DNA from: Octopus bimaculoides
Taxonomy: Eukaryota
Length of the DNA stretch: 63,918 nucleotides
Reading direction: 5' to 3'
NCBI RefSeq assembly: GCF_001194135.2
Contig: NC_068994.1
Span: 37,143,409-37,207,326, forward strand
Both the position numbers and the translations under genes were made by a program. The notes beneath the pieces were generated by a model. The model searched no databases and had not been told where the DNA came from. It was given only the letters and a program-made list of their open reading frames with translations. This document shows, in pieces, positions 25,351 to 37,384 of this stretch; the stretch's first letter is position 1, and each line of letters starts with the position of its first letter.

Positions 25351-26070
25351 GTATGATCCAGGGATCAAGGTGTAGGAAGAAAGCTTCAAGCAATCCATAG
25401 CAAATATAAAAAGACAACTTTCAGGGACAATAGTGGTTTATTGGGGCAGAAGGTTGTGGAATTTTTTTCATATTGAAGTACGATAAGCTGAAAAAAGTTT
25501 CTTCTATATATCATGGTAGGCAACCAGAGTTGCTGGGTGTGCAAAAAAGAATACAAGAGTTACTGAATGGAATTGATAAAATCCGGGCTCTATATGCTTC
25601 ACAGTGAGCAGAACCTCAGAAGTGGTAAATATCCAAGTGAGGTGTATACTGCAGGTTACTCTTCAGGCCAAAGGTATCTTGATTGAATGAAATGTTACAT
25701 TGTCACATGTAGGTACATGTTGATGCCTGGAAAGTTCAATCAGAATGTGTCCATATATATATATATATATATAAATATGTACATATATATGTATGTATGC
25801 ATATGTTTACACTCACACAAGCATATTTATATTCAAAGTAATTCAATATATAGTTACCTTGAGATACCAATTTCTACATGTCTTGTCATACTAATTATTA
25901 TTTATACTTATTCACCTTATTCAGATTCTCTACTTTTACTCTGACAACTACAGAGGACATTCATATATGCAAATATGCCAAGTAATAATAACCCAACAAC
26001 TCTTGGCGTATATAAAATATTTATGCATAAAGATGTGTAAATGTCTATGTGTGTAAAAATATATGCATTG

Positions 26071-26448
26071 GCACAGGCATGGCTGTGAGGTAAGAAGTTG
26101 GCATCACAGTCACATAGTTCTGGGTTCAGTCCCACTACATGGCACTTTGAGTAAGTGTCTTTCACAATAGCCTTGGGCCAACCAAAGCCTTATGAGTGGA
26201 TTTGGAAATGGAAACTGAAAGAAGCTCATTGTTTGTATATGTATATATCTATGTGCATGTGTCTTTGTGTCTGTGTTTGCTCCCCACCATTGCTTGATAA
26301 CTGGTGTTGGTCTGGTGTTCAACAAAAGATACTGACAGAATAAGCACCAGCCTATAAAAAATAAACCATGGGGTCAATTTCTTCGACTAAAAGGCACTTT
26401 CAGATGGTGCTCCAGCAAGGCTGCAGTCAAATGACTGAAACAAGTAAA

Positions 26449-26452
<4 letters not shown>
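26071..26452 (+). mobile_element. SINE family A
   Basis: GCACAGGCATGGCTGTGAGGTAAG...GGTGCTCCAGCAAGGCTGCAGTCAAATGACTGAAACAAGTAAAAGA. Confidence 0.85.
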
Positions 26453-26501
<49 letters not shown>

Positions 26502-26581
26502 AAAAAGAAATGGAGCAACAATTAACAATTAGAAGTTGATCATTGGTATTAAAAGGTCATAGTTTGATTGTAGTTCAAGAA

Positions 26582-26660
26582 CATTTACAGCTCTTCCAGT
26601 TTGTTATTTCAAAGTAAATTTGCATTTATCTCGTTCCATTTAACAAACATCATCAGAATG
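26582..26660 (-). ncRNA. Decayed hammerhead copy in the left foldback arm
   Basis: Reverse complement: CATT-CTGATGA-T-GTTTGTTA...TAACAAAC-T-GGAAG-AGCTGT-A-AATG; the GAAAC core is mutated to GGAAG. Confidence 0.55.
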
Positions 26661-27382
26661 ATTTAGAGTTTATCAGAGGAATATAGATAGGAGAAAAAGG
26701 AAAATGAAAAGCAAAAGGAAAAATGGAAAAAAGGGAAAAGTTTGTTAAGTCTTTAGGCTTACATTTTTGTGCCCTTTTAGGTTCCTCGTGTGTGTATGTT
26801 TTTACAATTAGATGAACGGAGCAATATGTGGGGAAAATGCCGAGTTGACCGGTGTGATAGTCAAAGGAGTTATACCTGGTAGTAATATCTGGTGTTAATT
26901 GTAATAAATGACACTGTTTGTGACTGCTAGATGAGTCCCTATGATTATAAATAATGCCCTTGTTAAAAACTGAGGATACTTTTAAAAAGTTAATGCGATA
27001 TAATGTATAAATTATATTTTTATCATTTCTTTTATGTAACCCAAATTTATACATTATATTGCACTAACTTTTTAAAAGCATCCTTAGTTTTGAACAAGGG
27101 CATTATTTGTAATCATAAGGATTTATGTAGTGATCACAAACAGTGTCATTTATTACAATTAACAACACCGGATATTGCTACTGGGTATAACTCCTTTGAC
27201 TATCATGCCGGTCAACTAATCTTTCTCTCCACTTATTGCTCCATTCATCTAATTGAAGAAACATACACACACGAGGAACCTAAAAGGGCACAAAAATGTA
27301 AGCCTAAAGATTTAACGAACTTTTTTCCTTTTTTCCTTTTGTCCTTTTTTCCCTATCTATATTCCTCTGATAAACTCTATAT

Positions 27383-27461
27383 CATTCTGATGATGTTTGT
27401 TAAATGGAACAAGATAAATGCAAATTTATTTTGAAATAACAAACTGAAACAGCTGTAAATG
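27383..27461 (+). ncRNA. Type I hammerhead ribozyme motif in the right foldback arm
   Basis: Stem I CATT/AATG; core CTGATGA; stem II GTTTGTTA/TAACAAAC with distal hairpin AGATAAAT-GCAA-ATTTATTT; GAAA; palindromic stem III ACAGCTGT; GUA triplet. Confidence 0.78.
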
Positions 27462-27740
27462 TTCTTGAATTACAATTAAACTATGACCATTTAATACCAA
27501 TTATCAACTTCTAATTGTTAATTGTTGCTCCATTTCTTTTTTTTTATCTGAATATATTAAGCCATGGTTTTACCATTTGAATTACAAACTACAGTTAACT
27601 TTATAGCAAGGCATATACATAGTGAGGTCATACACCAGTAGTACCTACGGATACAATTATCCCTTAGACGGTTGCATAACCTCTGACTCATAACTTTTCT
27701 ATACCAATTTTATACACACACACACACATATATATATATA

Positions 27741-27893
27741 GGTGCAGGAGTGGCTGAGTGGTAAGTAGTTTACTTACCAACCACATGGTTCTGGGTTCAG
27801 TCCAACTGCATGGCACCTTGGGCAAGTGTCTCCTACTATAGCTTCGCCTTGTGAGTGGATTTGGTAGATAGAAACTGAAAGAAGCTCATCATG

Positions 27894-27930
<37 letters not shown>

Positions 27931-28150
27931 ATGTTTGTGTATCTGTATTTGACCCCACTGAACATTGCTTGACCACCAATGCTGGTGTATTTACATCCCC
28001 GTAACTTAGCAGTTCAGCAAAAGTGACCGATACAATAAGTACTACACCTACAAAGAATAAGTCCTGGGGTCAATTTGCTTGACTAAAGGCGATGCACCAG
28101 CATGGCCGCAGTCAAATGATTGAAACAAGTAATAGAATAAAAAGGTAAAA
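27741..28150 (+). mobile_element. SINE family A
   Basis: GGTGCAGGAGTGGCTGAGTGGTAAGTAG...CATGGCCGCAGTCAAATGATTGAAACAAGT. Confidence 0.85.
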
Positions 28151-28163
28151 GTATATATATATT

Positions 28164-28207
<44 letters not shown>

Positions 28208-28411
28208 AAGAGAAAGAGACAGACAGAAATTAGGTGAAATCAGGTAAGGGAACAACAAGCAGGTGTAGTAGTTTAACGCTTGGAAAGAATAGAAAAGTTT
28301 TAGGCATTTTGTGCCAATGCTCTTCGACAGAAAGGATTGAGAGGGAAAAAAATGGAGTGAAACTGAAAAAAATGGAGGGAGCAAAAAATGTGTAGGATTG
28401 ATAATTTAACA

Positions 28412-28454
<43 letters not shown>

Positions 28455-28782
28455 TAAGTGCAGGCATGGCTATGTGGTTTAAGAGTTCACTTCATAAGTT
28501 TGAAGTTTCCAGTTCAGTTCTACTGTGTAGTACTTTAGGTATGTATTTCTGCCATAGTAACTTAGGCTGGTCAATGGTCAATACCTTGTGAGTAAGATTC
28601 ATTGACAGAAATTGTGAAGAAGCCTATTATCATCATCATCGTCGTCATCATCATCATCATCATCATCATCATTATCATCATCATCACCACTACCACCATC
28701 GTCATCATTATCCTTATTTAATACACCATTACTTTCAAACACTCAAAACCAATTGCAATATGTTTGCCTTATTAAAACAAAA

Positions 28783-28841
<59 letters not shown>

Positions 28842-29169
28842 AAGCTATTCAATTCTATTCTAACAATTGTATTGCAATGTATTCTGCAATATTTAAAGCA
28901 TAGAAAAATAAACCATCATTATTTTTTTTTCCCTAACAATGAAGAGCTAGACTGTCACAGGGAAATTATAGGATGTCTGTAAACTGTGCCTAATCAGTAT
29001 AAATTAGCAATATTAGAATAATATTTTATAATGTCATAACAAATCAATGAATGATTGTGGAAATATTAGAAAATAATTTGGTCGTTTCTTATGAAAGTAA
29101 ATATTCTTGTAAAATGATATGTTTTGTGAGAAGAAGTGAGTTGAACAATTCCCAAGATGCTTCAACCCT

Positions 29170-30230
29170 TCTTTATGGTGTTGCTGCTGATGATGATGTT
29201 GATGGTGTTTCTAGTGGTGGCGTTGGTTGCAGTGGTGCTGGTTGTGGTGGTATTGGTTGTAATAGTAGCGGTCACGGTGGTGATGGTGGTTGTGGTGGTG
29301 ACTGTGCTTGTGGAGGTGGTGACATAGAAAGCAGTATTAGTGATGACGATGGTAGTAGTAGTGATAGCGATGGTGGTGGTGCAGATTGCGATAGTAGTAA
29401 TGGTAGTGGTGGAGATTGCAATAATGCTGGTGATAGTGGTAGTGATGGTCATGGTGATAATAGTAGTAGTGGTAGTGGTAGTAGTAGTAGTAGTAGTAGT
29501 AGTAGTTGTAGTAGTGGTGGTGGTGGTGGTGATGGTGGCTTTGGTCATAGCAGTGGTCCTGATGGAGATATCCTATGAGTAAGGATGAGGTATCAGGATG
29601 GTATCAGGACAATAATGGTGTTTAGGAGATAGAGATGGTGTTGAGATGGCTGATATGGAGAGGAAGGGAGGGTAGATATTAGTTAGGGCGGTGGTGGTGG
29701 TGGTGGGGAGAAGAGGAATGGTATAAATACTATCATAGTGGTGAGGAAGAGAGATGGTATTAGGACAATGAGATAAGGGCAGGGGGCAGAGAATGGTAAT
29801 GGCATGGTGGTGGTGGAAAAGGAGAAAAGAAATAGTATTGAGATGGTGATGTGTTATTTAAGAGGGAGGAGATGGTATTGTGACAATATGTGCTGGTGGT
29901 AAAAGGCATGAAGAATGGTTCTTGGTGAGGAGGAGAGAGAAATGGTATTGATATGATGGCAATGTTGATGGGGAGAGGATAACCATGTTGACAAGAAAGA
30001 GATGCTGGTAGTGGTGGTGGTGGTGGTGGTGATGGTGAAAGGAGCTGGTATTGGGAGGATGGTTGTGGTGAACTTTATCATTGTCAATACTAGTGGTCGA
30101 GACTGCAATGCTGTTTAAAGATAGAAGATTGTTTTACAGATGGTGATGGTGGATGTTGTGGTGATGATGGATGCCGTTGTTGTAGTGGTAATGGTGGTGG
30201 TAGTGGCCGTCGTCATCGTCATATCAAATA
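29170..30230. repeat. Extended (GGT/GAT/AGT)n trinucleotide low-complexity region
   Basis: Direct reading; this region generates the Gly/Ser/Thr/Val-rich pseudo-ORFs in the track. Confidence 0.9.
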
Positions 30231-31013
30231 TTGGTGTTTATTGTGATGCAGAAAATGATGTTTTTATAGGAGATGTGATTTTTAAGAGAAGTGCTCATTG
30301 CAAACTGACCTTTATGTCAACACGGGGAGGAAAAAAATGTTGTTTTTGCCCAACCCCCTTTTTTTAGATTAAAACCTGGTCATATGAAAAGGACACAAAA
30401 ATATATTTGTCCCTAGAAGAAAACAGAGGGACAAAGACAGCAAAAAATATTTTTTTATAAAAAAAAAGTGGCAGATGCAAGGAAAGTGCACCTTAAAAAC
30501 TTAAAAGCATCACCATGTTGTTGCTGGTGCTGTGGTTTGATCTGTCAGAGAAGGTGATTCAATATTAGTACAGCTGTGAGAAATTAAACAGGGCAAAGAT
30601 GCTTTCTTTGAGCGGCAGTGAAGTGTCATGCAAGTAAAAAAATTGGCAAATGGCTGAAAATGGCATTACCGGAGCTGAAATGGATTCGCTAATATAGGGT
30701 CTTGGATAATCCAAATGGATTTTTTATGGGATTCAATCAATAATGTTGAAACCAGTTGTCAGTGCAATACTGCAGATGTGAAAAAAATAAACACTGATAA
30801 GATTTGGTAACAATTTATATCAGTTTATATTTGTTTATATTTATAGCGGTTTATAAAGCAAGCAAGATATCAGCCATTGCTTAATGGAATGGCTGCTTTT
30901 GGTCTCTTATGGCTGGAGTTTACTTTTAGTTTAAGCTATATGTTTTGCTAACTTTTCTAGATTTATTCATTCATTTATTTATTTATTTATTTGTTTGTTT
31001 GTTTGTTTGTTAA

Positions 31014-31560
31014 GTTTTGCAGAAGAGAATATCACAAAGAAAGGGGACAGGCTGATAGCAATTAGCCACTAAGTGTTAGCAATAACAGCAACAACAACAA
31101 CAACAACAACAATAACAACAATGATAGCGATGACGATGACAATCAAATATTTCGTAACCTTCACTTTATACCTTTGGTCATCAACACAAGCAAAACTGGA
31201 AAAATACCAGAGTGATATCTGTGATGGCTTTGTGACAATAAAACCTTGAAGGGTCACGTATGTGAGAGACTGTTTGATTTTTAGTTTATAATGTAATAAC
31301 AGCTCAGCTTGCAAGAAAGACCCCAGCACTGCACATGGTAGGATGGATATTGGCAAAGGGAGAGAAACAAAGTAATAGAACTTAATAGAGGAAATGTATT
31401 GGAAAAAGAAAAAAAAAAAAAAAAAAAAANNNNNNNNNNAAAAAAAAAAAAAAAAAAAAAAAAAAAGGGAAAATACAATATGTGACGATAGAGATAACTG
31501 AGTGTATGATGAGTTTGTGATTTAGAAACAGAAAATAATAATAGCCTGGCTGTTTGATAT
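31014..31560 (+). repeat. Left copy of a 0.5-kb inverted duplication
   Basis: Reverse complement of 34150-34617 (e.g. CAGCTCAGCTTGCAAGAAAGACCCCAGCACTGCAC). This copy carries extra (CAA)n and poly-A expansions. Confidence 0.92.
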
Positions 31561-32027
31561 GTTTATGATACATAGAAATAGGGGAAGAAAAATATACAAG
31601 ATATGAAGTAGATTTTTAATGCACAAGTACAGAGTAAAAAATATTACAGGACTGTTTTTCTTTTTTTCCTGCCTTTTTGGTAGAATAAGAATATAGATTT
31701 ACTTTAGCTTTGAGGTAGGGTTGAAATAAATCAGAACAGTTTGCCTCTCTAATGGAGCTATAGTATAAACATTAACCATAGAATGAATTTAGCTATAAGA
31801 AAAGTTTGTTGTATAAAAAAATTCCTTGGTTTAACTACATCATTGGTTTTGCAGCCAAAAGTGATTAGAAAAAATAATTCCAATGTATAGTTAGATTTCT
31901 TTCATAATGAGGCACATAATTTCATAGATATCAAATATGAGTGAAACTTAATTAGTATTAATATCTTTGGAATATTTTGAAAATATTTGTTGATAATGTT
32001 GAAAACAAAAGTTTGGTGAAAAAAAGG

Positions 32028-32840
32028 AATGGCTGTGTGGCAAGAAGCTTATTTCCTAACCACATGGTTTTGGGTTCAGTCCCACTGCATGGCACTTTGG
32101 GCAAGTGTCTTCCACTTCAGGCCAACAAATCCTTGTAAGAGGATTTGGTTGACAGAAACTGAAAGAAGCCTGTTGNNNNNNNNNNATATATATATATATA
32201 TGAAATATAAAATGGGACAAGAACGCAAAACATCCAGACAATTAGGTGATACAAAAGAGAGACAACAAAACATCCAGATAAACGATACAAAGAAAACAAG
32301 GACGGTTCATTCAGAGTTTTCTTTCCTCAGTCGAGTTCCAGATTATCTTTGCAATTTCGGCTGGTTATACTCGAGATTGCTCCAATCTGGCCAGCCGAAA
32401 CGAAAAACTAAGCTAAGAGCATTAGATTCCTTGGAAGAAAGCAGCGAATGTATATGAAAACAAGGGCGGGAAGAAAATGGAGAATATTACTCAAATACAA
32501 ATAACAGGACATAACAATAAGTGTCTTTCAACTAAGGATGAATTAAATTAAGCTGGTATGTGTGAAAATAAAGCTTTATGGCAGGGACACAAGATTTCAC
32601 AGGCACAGAGAGGAATATAGATGTTGCACAGATATATGTGTATGTGTGTGTGTATGTATAGATTTATGTATGTTTGTCTTTGTGTCTATGTTTGTTGGTG
32701 TGTTTATGTCCCAGTAACATAGCGGTTCAGTATAAGAGATCAATAGAATGAGTACCAAACATAAAAAAAAGGTCCTGGGTCTATTTGTTCGACTAAAACC
32801 CTTCATGGTGGTGCCCCTGCATGGCTGCAGTAAGTAAAAT
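32028..32840 (+). mobile_element. SINE family A interrupted by a nested unrelated element (about 32205-32600)
   Basis: SINE 5' half ends at GAAACTGAAAGAAGCCTGTTG before a small N gap and (TA)n. The 3' half resumes near 32620 and ends GGTGGTGCCCCTGCATGGCTGCAG. Confidence 0.7.
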
Positions 32841-33433
32841 AAATGGTAAAAATACCATAGTTTAAATTCAGAATCATGTATTTCTGAAAAAATCTAAAGA
32901 AGACCAAACTTGATTTTAAGGATCTATTTTTGATGCCCACGAATCCAGAAATATCTGGGAATATTTAGTGAATTCATTAATGTATCATATTGATAATCAT
33001 AAATAATGGCTTTGTGGTTTCAGATTAAATTTGATATGATGTAATATGAAATTTTAACTCCTCTATGATTCACTGCAATTAACCTTACTGTTTTCTTATT
33101 ATCCAATGTATTTTTTAAAGTTCCATAAATTAGAATTGGTAATTAATCTCTTTTTCTAGTTATCTTCGCAAAAGTTTTCCTAGATTTTAAATTTAATTTA
33201 AAATTCAAAACAAAAATTTACCATTAGCATATGGGTAGATCGTTTTCTTGATGTTAATCCATCCACCAAAAGCCTTTAGATGCATTTGAGTTAATTCTAC
33301 ACCTTTCACTTGCTCTACACTCTACCATCACTCATAATCTCTCCATTTGATGTGCTTACCTAGTATAGAATTGTCAATCATTTCTTTGTGACTCTTCTAA
33401 CTTTGATTTTAAGAGAATTTACTTATCATTAAA

Positions 33434-33862
33434 TGCAGGTTTGGCTGTGAGGTTAAGAAGCCTGTTTTGCAGCCATGTGGTTTTGGGTTCAGTCCCACTA
33501 CATGGCACCTTGAACAAATGCCTTTTATTATAGCCCTGAGCTGACTGATACCTTGTAAGTGAATTTAGTAGACAGAAACTCTGAGAAATCCAGCTGTCTA
33601 TATATACATACATACATACATACATTCAAACACACACACACATACATATATGTATATATGCGTGTACGTGTGTGTGTGCATCTTCACCACAAGACAACTA
33701 GTGTTGGGTTGTTTATGTTGCTGTAACTTAGCAGTTCAACAAAAGAAAATGATAGAATAAGTACCAGACTTTAAAAAAAGAAGAACTGGAGGTGTTAACT
33801 CTTCAAAGCAGTGCCTCAGTATGGCTGTGGTCCAATGAGTGAAACAAGTAAAAGATGAAAAA
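33434..33862 (+). mobile_element. SINE family A
   Basis: GCAGGTTTGGCTGTGAGGTTAAG...AGTATGGCTGTGGTCCAATGAGTGAAACAAGTAAAAGA. Confidence 0.8.
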
Positions 33863-34149
33863 ATTATAACCAGAGACAGAAAGTTTTAATTTATTCAATC
33901 CATTAGATCAAACACCAATTACCATTTCTTGAGCCTGCAGACTGAAGAACTGCTCATGACTTTCACAAGTTTTCTTGGACTGGCAGATTGATACTGCTAG
34001 TGTTTCTCGTGAATGGTTGCATAAAATAAAAGTGTAGGTAAGAAATTTCAGAAAAACAATGTTCTGAAGTGGAAAGACCAAAGATAGTTGTTGATTGAAC
34101 CTGGATATTGTGGAGTAAAGAGATGAGTTATTTAGAGTTAACTGAATGG

Positions 34150-34617
34150 TGATATCACAGAACAAGCTAGGTTTTCTGTTTCTAAATCACAAACTCTTCA
34201 TACACTCAGTTTATTTCTATAATCACACATTGTATTTTTACTTTGCCTTTTTTTCCAACACATTTTCTCTATTAAATTCTATTACTTTGTTTCTCTCCCT
34301 TTGCCAATATCCATCCTACCGTGTGCAGTGCTGGGGTCTTTCTTGCAAGCTGAGCTGTTATTACACTATAAACTAAAAATCAAACAGTCTCTCACATACA
34401 TGACCCTTCAAGATTTTATTATCACAAAGCCATCACAGATATCACTCTGGTATTTTTCCAGTTTTGCTTCTGTTGATGTCCAAAGATTTAAAGTGAAGGC
34501 TACAAAATATTTGATTGTCATCATAATTGCCATCAATGTTGTTGCTAACTCAGTAACAGAAACCAATTGCTATCAGCTTGTTCCCTTTCTTTATGATATT
34601 CTGCTCTGCAAAAATTT
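34150..34617 (-). repeat. Right copy of the 0.5-kb inverted duplication
   Basis: Both copies give the near-identical translation MPISILPCAVLGSFLQAELLLHYKLKIKQSL... on opposite strands. Confidence 0.92.
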
Positions 34618-36559
34618 AAAAAGAGAAAAATGAGAAAGAAAACTCTAGAATAGAGGCCAATACAGTAGTGGTAGAAAAAGTAGAATGACGAGGCAGAGGC
34701 TAGAGTGTAATAGCGAATGCCTTCTTACTAATCTCTTTAGTTATGGTCTAAGAAGTTGGAGCAGGGGTTCACTGTAATTGTGACTCTCATCTGAAATCTG
34801 TAAACAGTTTGTTTTGTTCTTTGTTGGTGACAGATGAAATTTTCCCAGCCCTAAACCGGAAAGCCAGTGTTTGTAATGTAGTTTTGATTGCATTGAAAGC
34901 ATGTGTTTACTAAGAGTTAACCTCTGTGGTAGTGAGATTTATTATTTTTTATAGCAGTCTTGTGGGTTCTAATTGTTTACTGTTCAATTTATACTTAAGG
35001 TGAGAGTGGTGACAATGTTTACTTGATGGTAACTCATTATCAATTATGCAAACAAGATAACATTATTTATGGTAAACGAATTGCATATTTAATACAGATT
35101 TTATTTCTCAAGATTTCAGAATTAGTTTAATAGAATGAATTGGAATTTAATGATGGTTTTTGGTTATGTATATTAATGTAACCTTGAGGAATTACCATAA
35201 GCATTGTTACAGTTAGCAGAGAAATTTAATTAAAAATGCAGACATTAAATTAGTTAACACTGATCATTCAAATAAAGGTGATATGTTGTGAGGAAAATTT
35301 GCTTGATTGCTAGCTTGCAGTTTTAAACAAAAAGGATTAACAGCCTCAATAAAAACATCATGAATGGAAACTAATAATTCCCCCTTAAAAGCATTTTAGA
35401 ATAAAACAAAAATTTTGAATACACATTAGAATAATTAAAAGTAACATCTTATGTAATGATTTAGGAAACATGTCAATTCCATCACAAAAATCACTAGCGT
35501 ATTAATTGCTATGAAGAAAAACAAATGTTTTCAACTTGTCATAATAACAGAACATTGTCTGATAACATAGAAGAAAATATAGGAAAAATGTAAAGTTTAG
35601 CAACAGCTGTAAATACATTTCAGAGCAGTTTTACAATAAAACTTGGTGAGATTAAGACACAGAAATTGATATTTTATTTGAATCTGTCCATGGAACAGAG
35701 GTAAAGTCATGGCTGCATAGCTAAGGTTATAGTTGAATAGATATTGTTTTATTTATCCTATTTAGTACATTCAAATATAAATAACTAGCTTTGGTTACTT
35801 TATTTGATGCTAATAATAATAATAATGATGATAATGCTAATAATCATAATAGTAATGGTTTCAAATTTTGGCACAAGGCCTGCAGTTTTAGAGAATGGGC
35901 TAAGTCGATTACACCAACCCCAGCGCTCAACTGGTACACATTTTATCGACCCCAAATGGGTGAAAGGTGAAGCTGAACTCAGTGGAATTTGAATCAAAAT
36001 GAAAAGCTGGAAGAAATGTCACCAAGCATTTTGTTTGCCAGTTTGCCAACTTAATGACAACAACAACAACAATTTATCCTAAAAAATTTATCCTAGCATG
36101 AAAGAAAACGGAAAGGACCTGCATAATGTGCTGTTAATGGAGGTTTAACAACATAAGTGCACGCAAAAATGTGAGTCCAAGAAGTAAAGCTTCCTTCAAG
36201 GTAGAGCTAGAAATGCAATTGTCAAGTAGGTAAGAGGCTTTAAACAGGAGCAATATATTCAAAATTGGTAAAACTAAAAATTGTTGAGGATAAATCAAAT
36301 TTATTATTGTTACTGAATATGTTAGTGTTATTTAATCTCTGAACGGTTTTGCTGCTGTTTGTTTATGTAGTTTGATTTCTTTATCCATCAGTTTCTACTA
36401 AGATAGAGACGAGGGTTAAATTAATAATAGAGAAGCGAAAATAAAACTTTGGAAACAGCATAAATTACGTGGAAACCATGAGCATGCCTTTCAAGGGAGA
36501 TAATCAGAGAAAGACTTGAAAGTCAACATAAAATCGTAATACTTTATGTAAAATAATGT

Positions 36560-36762
36560 AAATATAACAAATAATCCAAAATGCTTGTCCGGTACCAGAT
36601 TGATCCCAAAATCTAATCATTTCGTGCCAGTCACGAGGTCTAATATTCCTGAAAATTTCATCTCAATCCATCCAGCGGTTCTTAAGATATCTTGTCCATG
36701 GACAAACAAACAAACACGACTGAATACAATACCTCTGCCTTCACTAAGGTGGAGGTAATAAT
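36560..36762. mobile_element. Helentron/HINE(DINE-1)-like non-autonomous element end
   Basis: (ACAA)n block followed by the terminal hairpin TACCTCTGCCTT-CACT-AAGGTGGAGGTA next to a (TAA/TGA)n tract, the typical HINE layout. The element probably extends further 5'. Confidence 0.55.
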
Positions 36763-36797
36763 GATGATGATGATACTACTACTACTACTACTACTAC

Positions 36798-36833
<36 letters not shown>

Positions 36834-37068
36834 TAATAATAATAACAATGATAGATTTTTGATCCAGGTTCAAGACCAACAATTTTAAGGGGAGAAGGGT
36901 AGTCAATACCATCCATCCCCAGTACTTAACTGGTACTTACATTATTTATCATTTCCGGTGGAGTGGAAAACAAAGTTGATCTCAACAGAATTTGAACTCA
37001 GAACATGAAGAACAGCAACAAATACCATGAAGCAGTTTGTCTGATACTTTAATAATTATGACAATCTC

Positions 37069-37115
<47 letters not shown>

Positions 37116-37384
37116 GCATGAGCTATGCTAGTATTGAGGTACTGTTATGTCTCAAGCTACTGCTATCTAGCACCTTTGGATGATCTCTACTCAACCGCTA
37201 CACGACAGCTACTCAACAGTCACTCAACTCCTCTACCATGGCTAGACTACCTCTATTTATATGTCTTGGGCGATCCTACTTCTTCGCTTAGGGGCATCGA
37301 TTTTGAAGGGAAGGTGAAGTTAATTATATTGACCCTAGTATTTGACTGGTATTTCATTTTATTGCGCTCAAGAGGATTAAAGGC

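Larger units (their letters stand above)
26499..27545. repeat. 1.05-kb foldback: two inverted arms of about 510 bp with a 30-nt spacer
   Basis: 26499-27013 is the reverse complement of 27044-27545 (e.g. GGTTCCTCGTGTGTGTATG vs CATACACACACGAGGAACC), with scattered substitutions. Confidence 0.95.

Noticed and set aside
26653-27434. Paired 133-aa and 143-aa ORFs
   Set aside because: They are the two arms of the foldback, with many replacement differences and no recognisable domain, including no GIY-YIG motif.
29051-29578. 175-aa Gly/Ser/Asp-rich ORF
   Set aside because: Derived from (GGT/AGT/GAT)n low-complexity sequence, with open frames on both strands.
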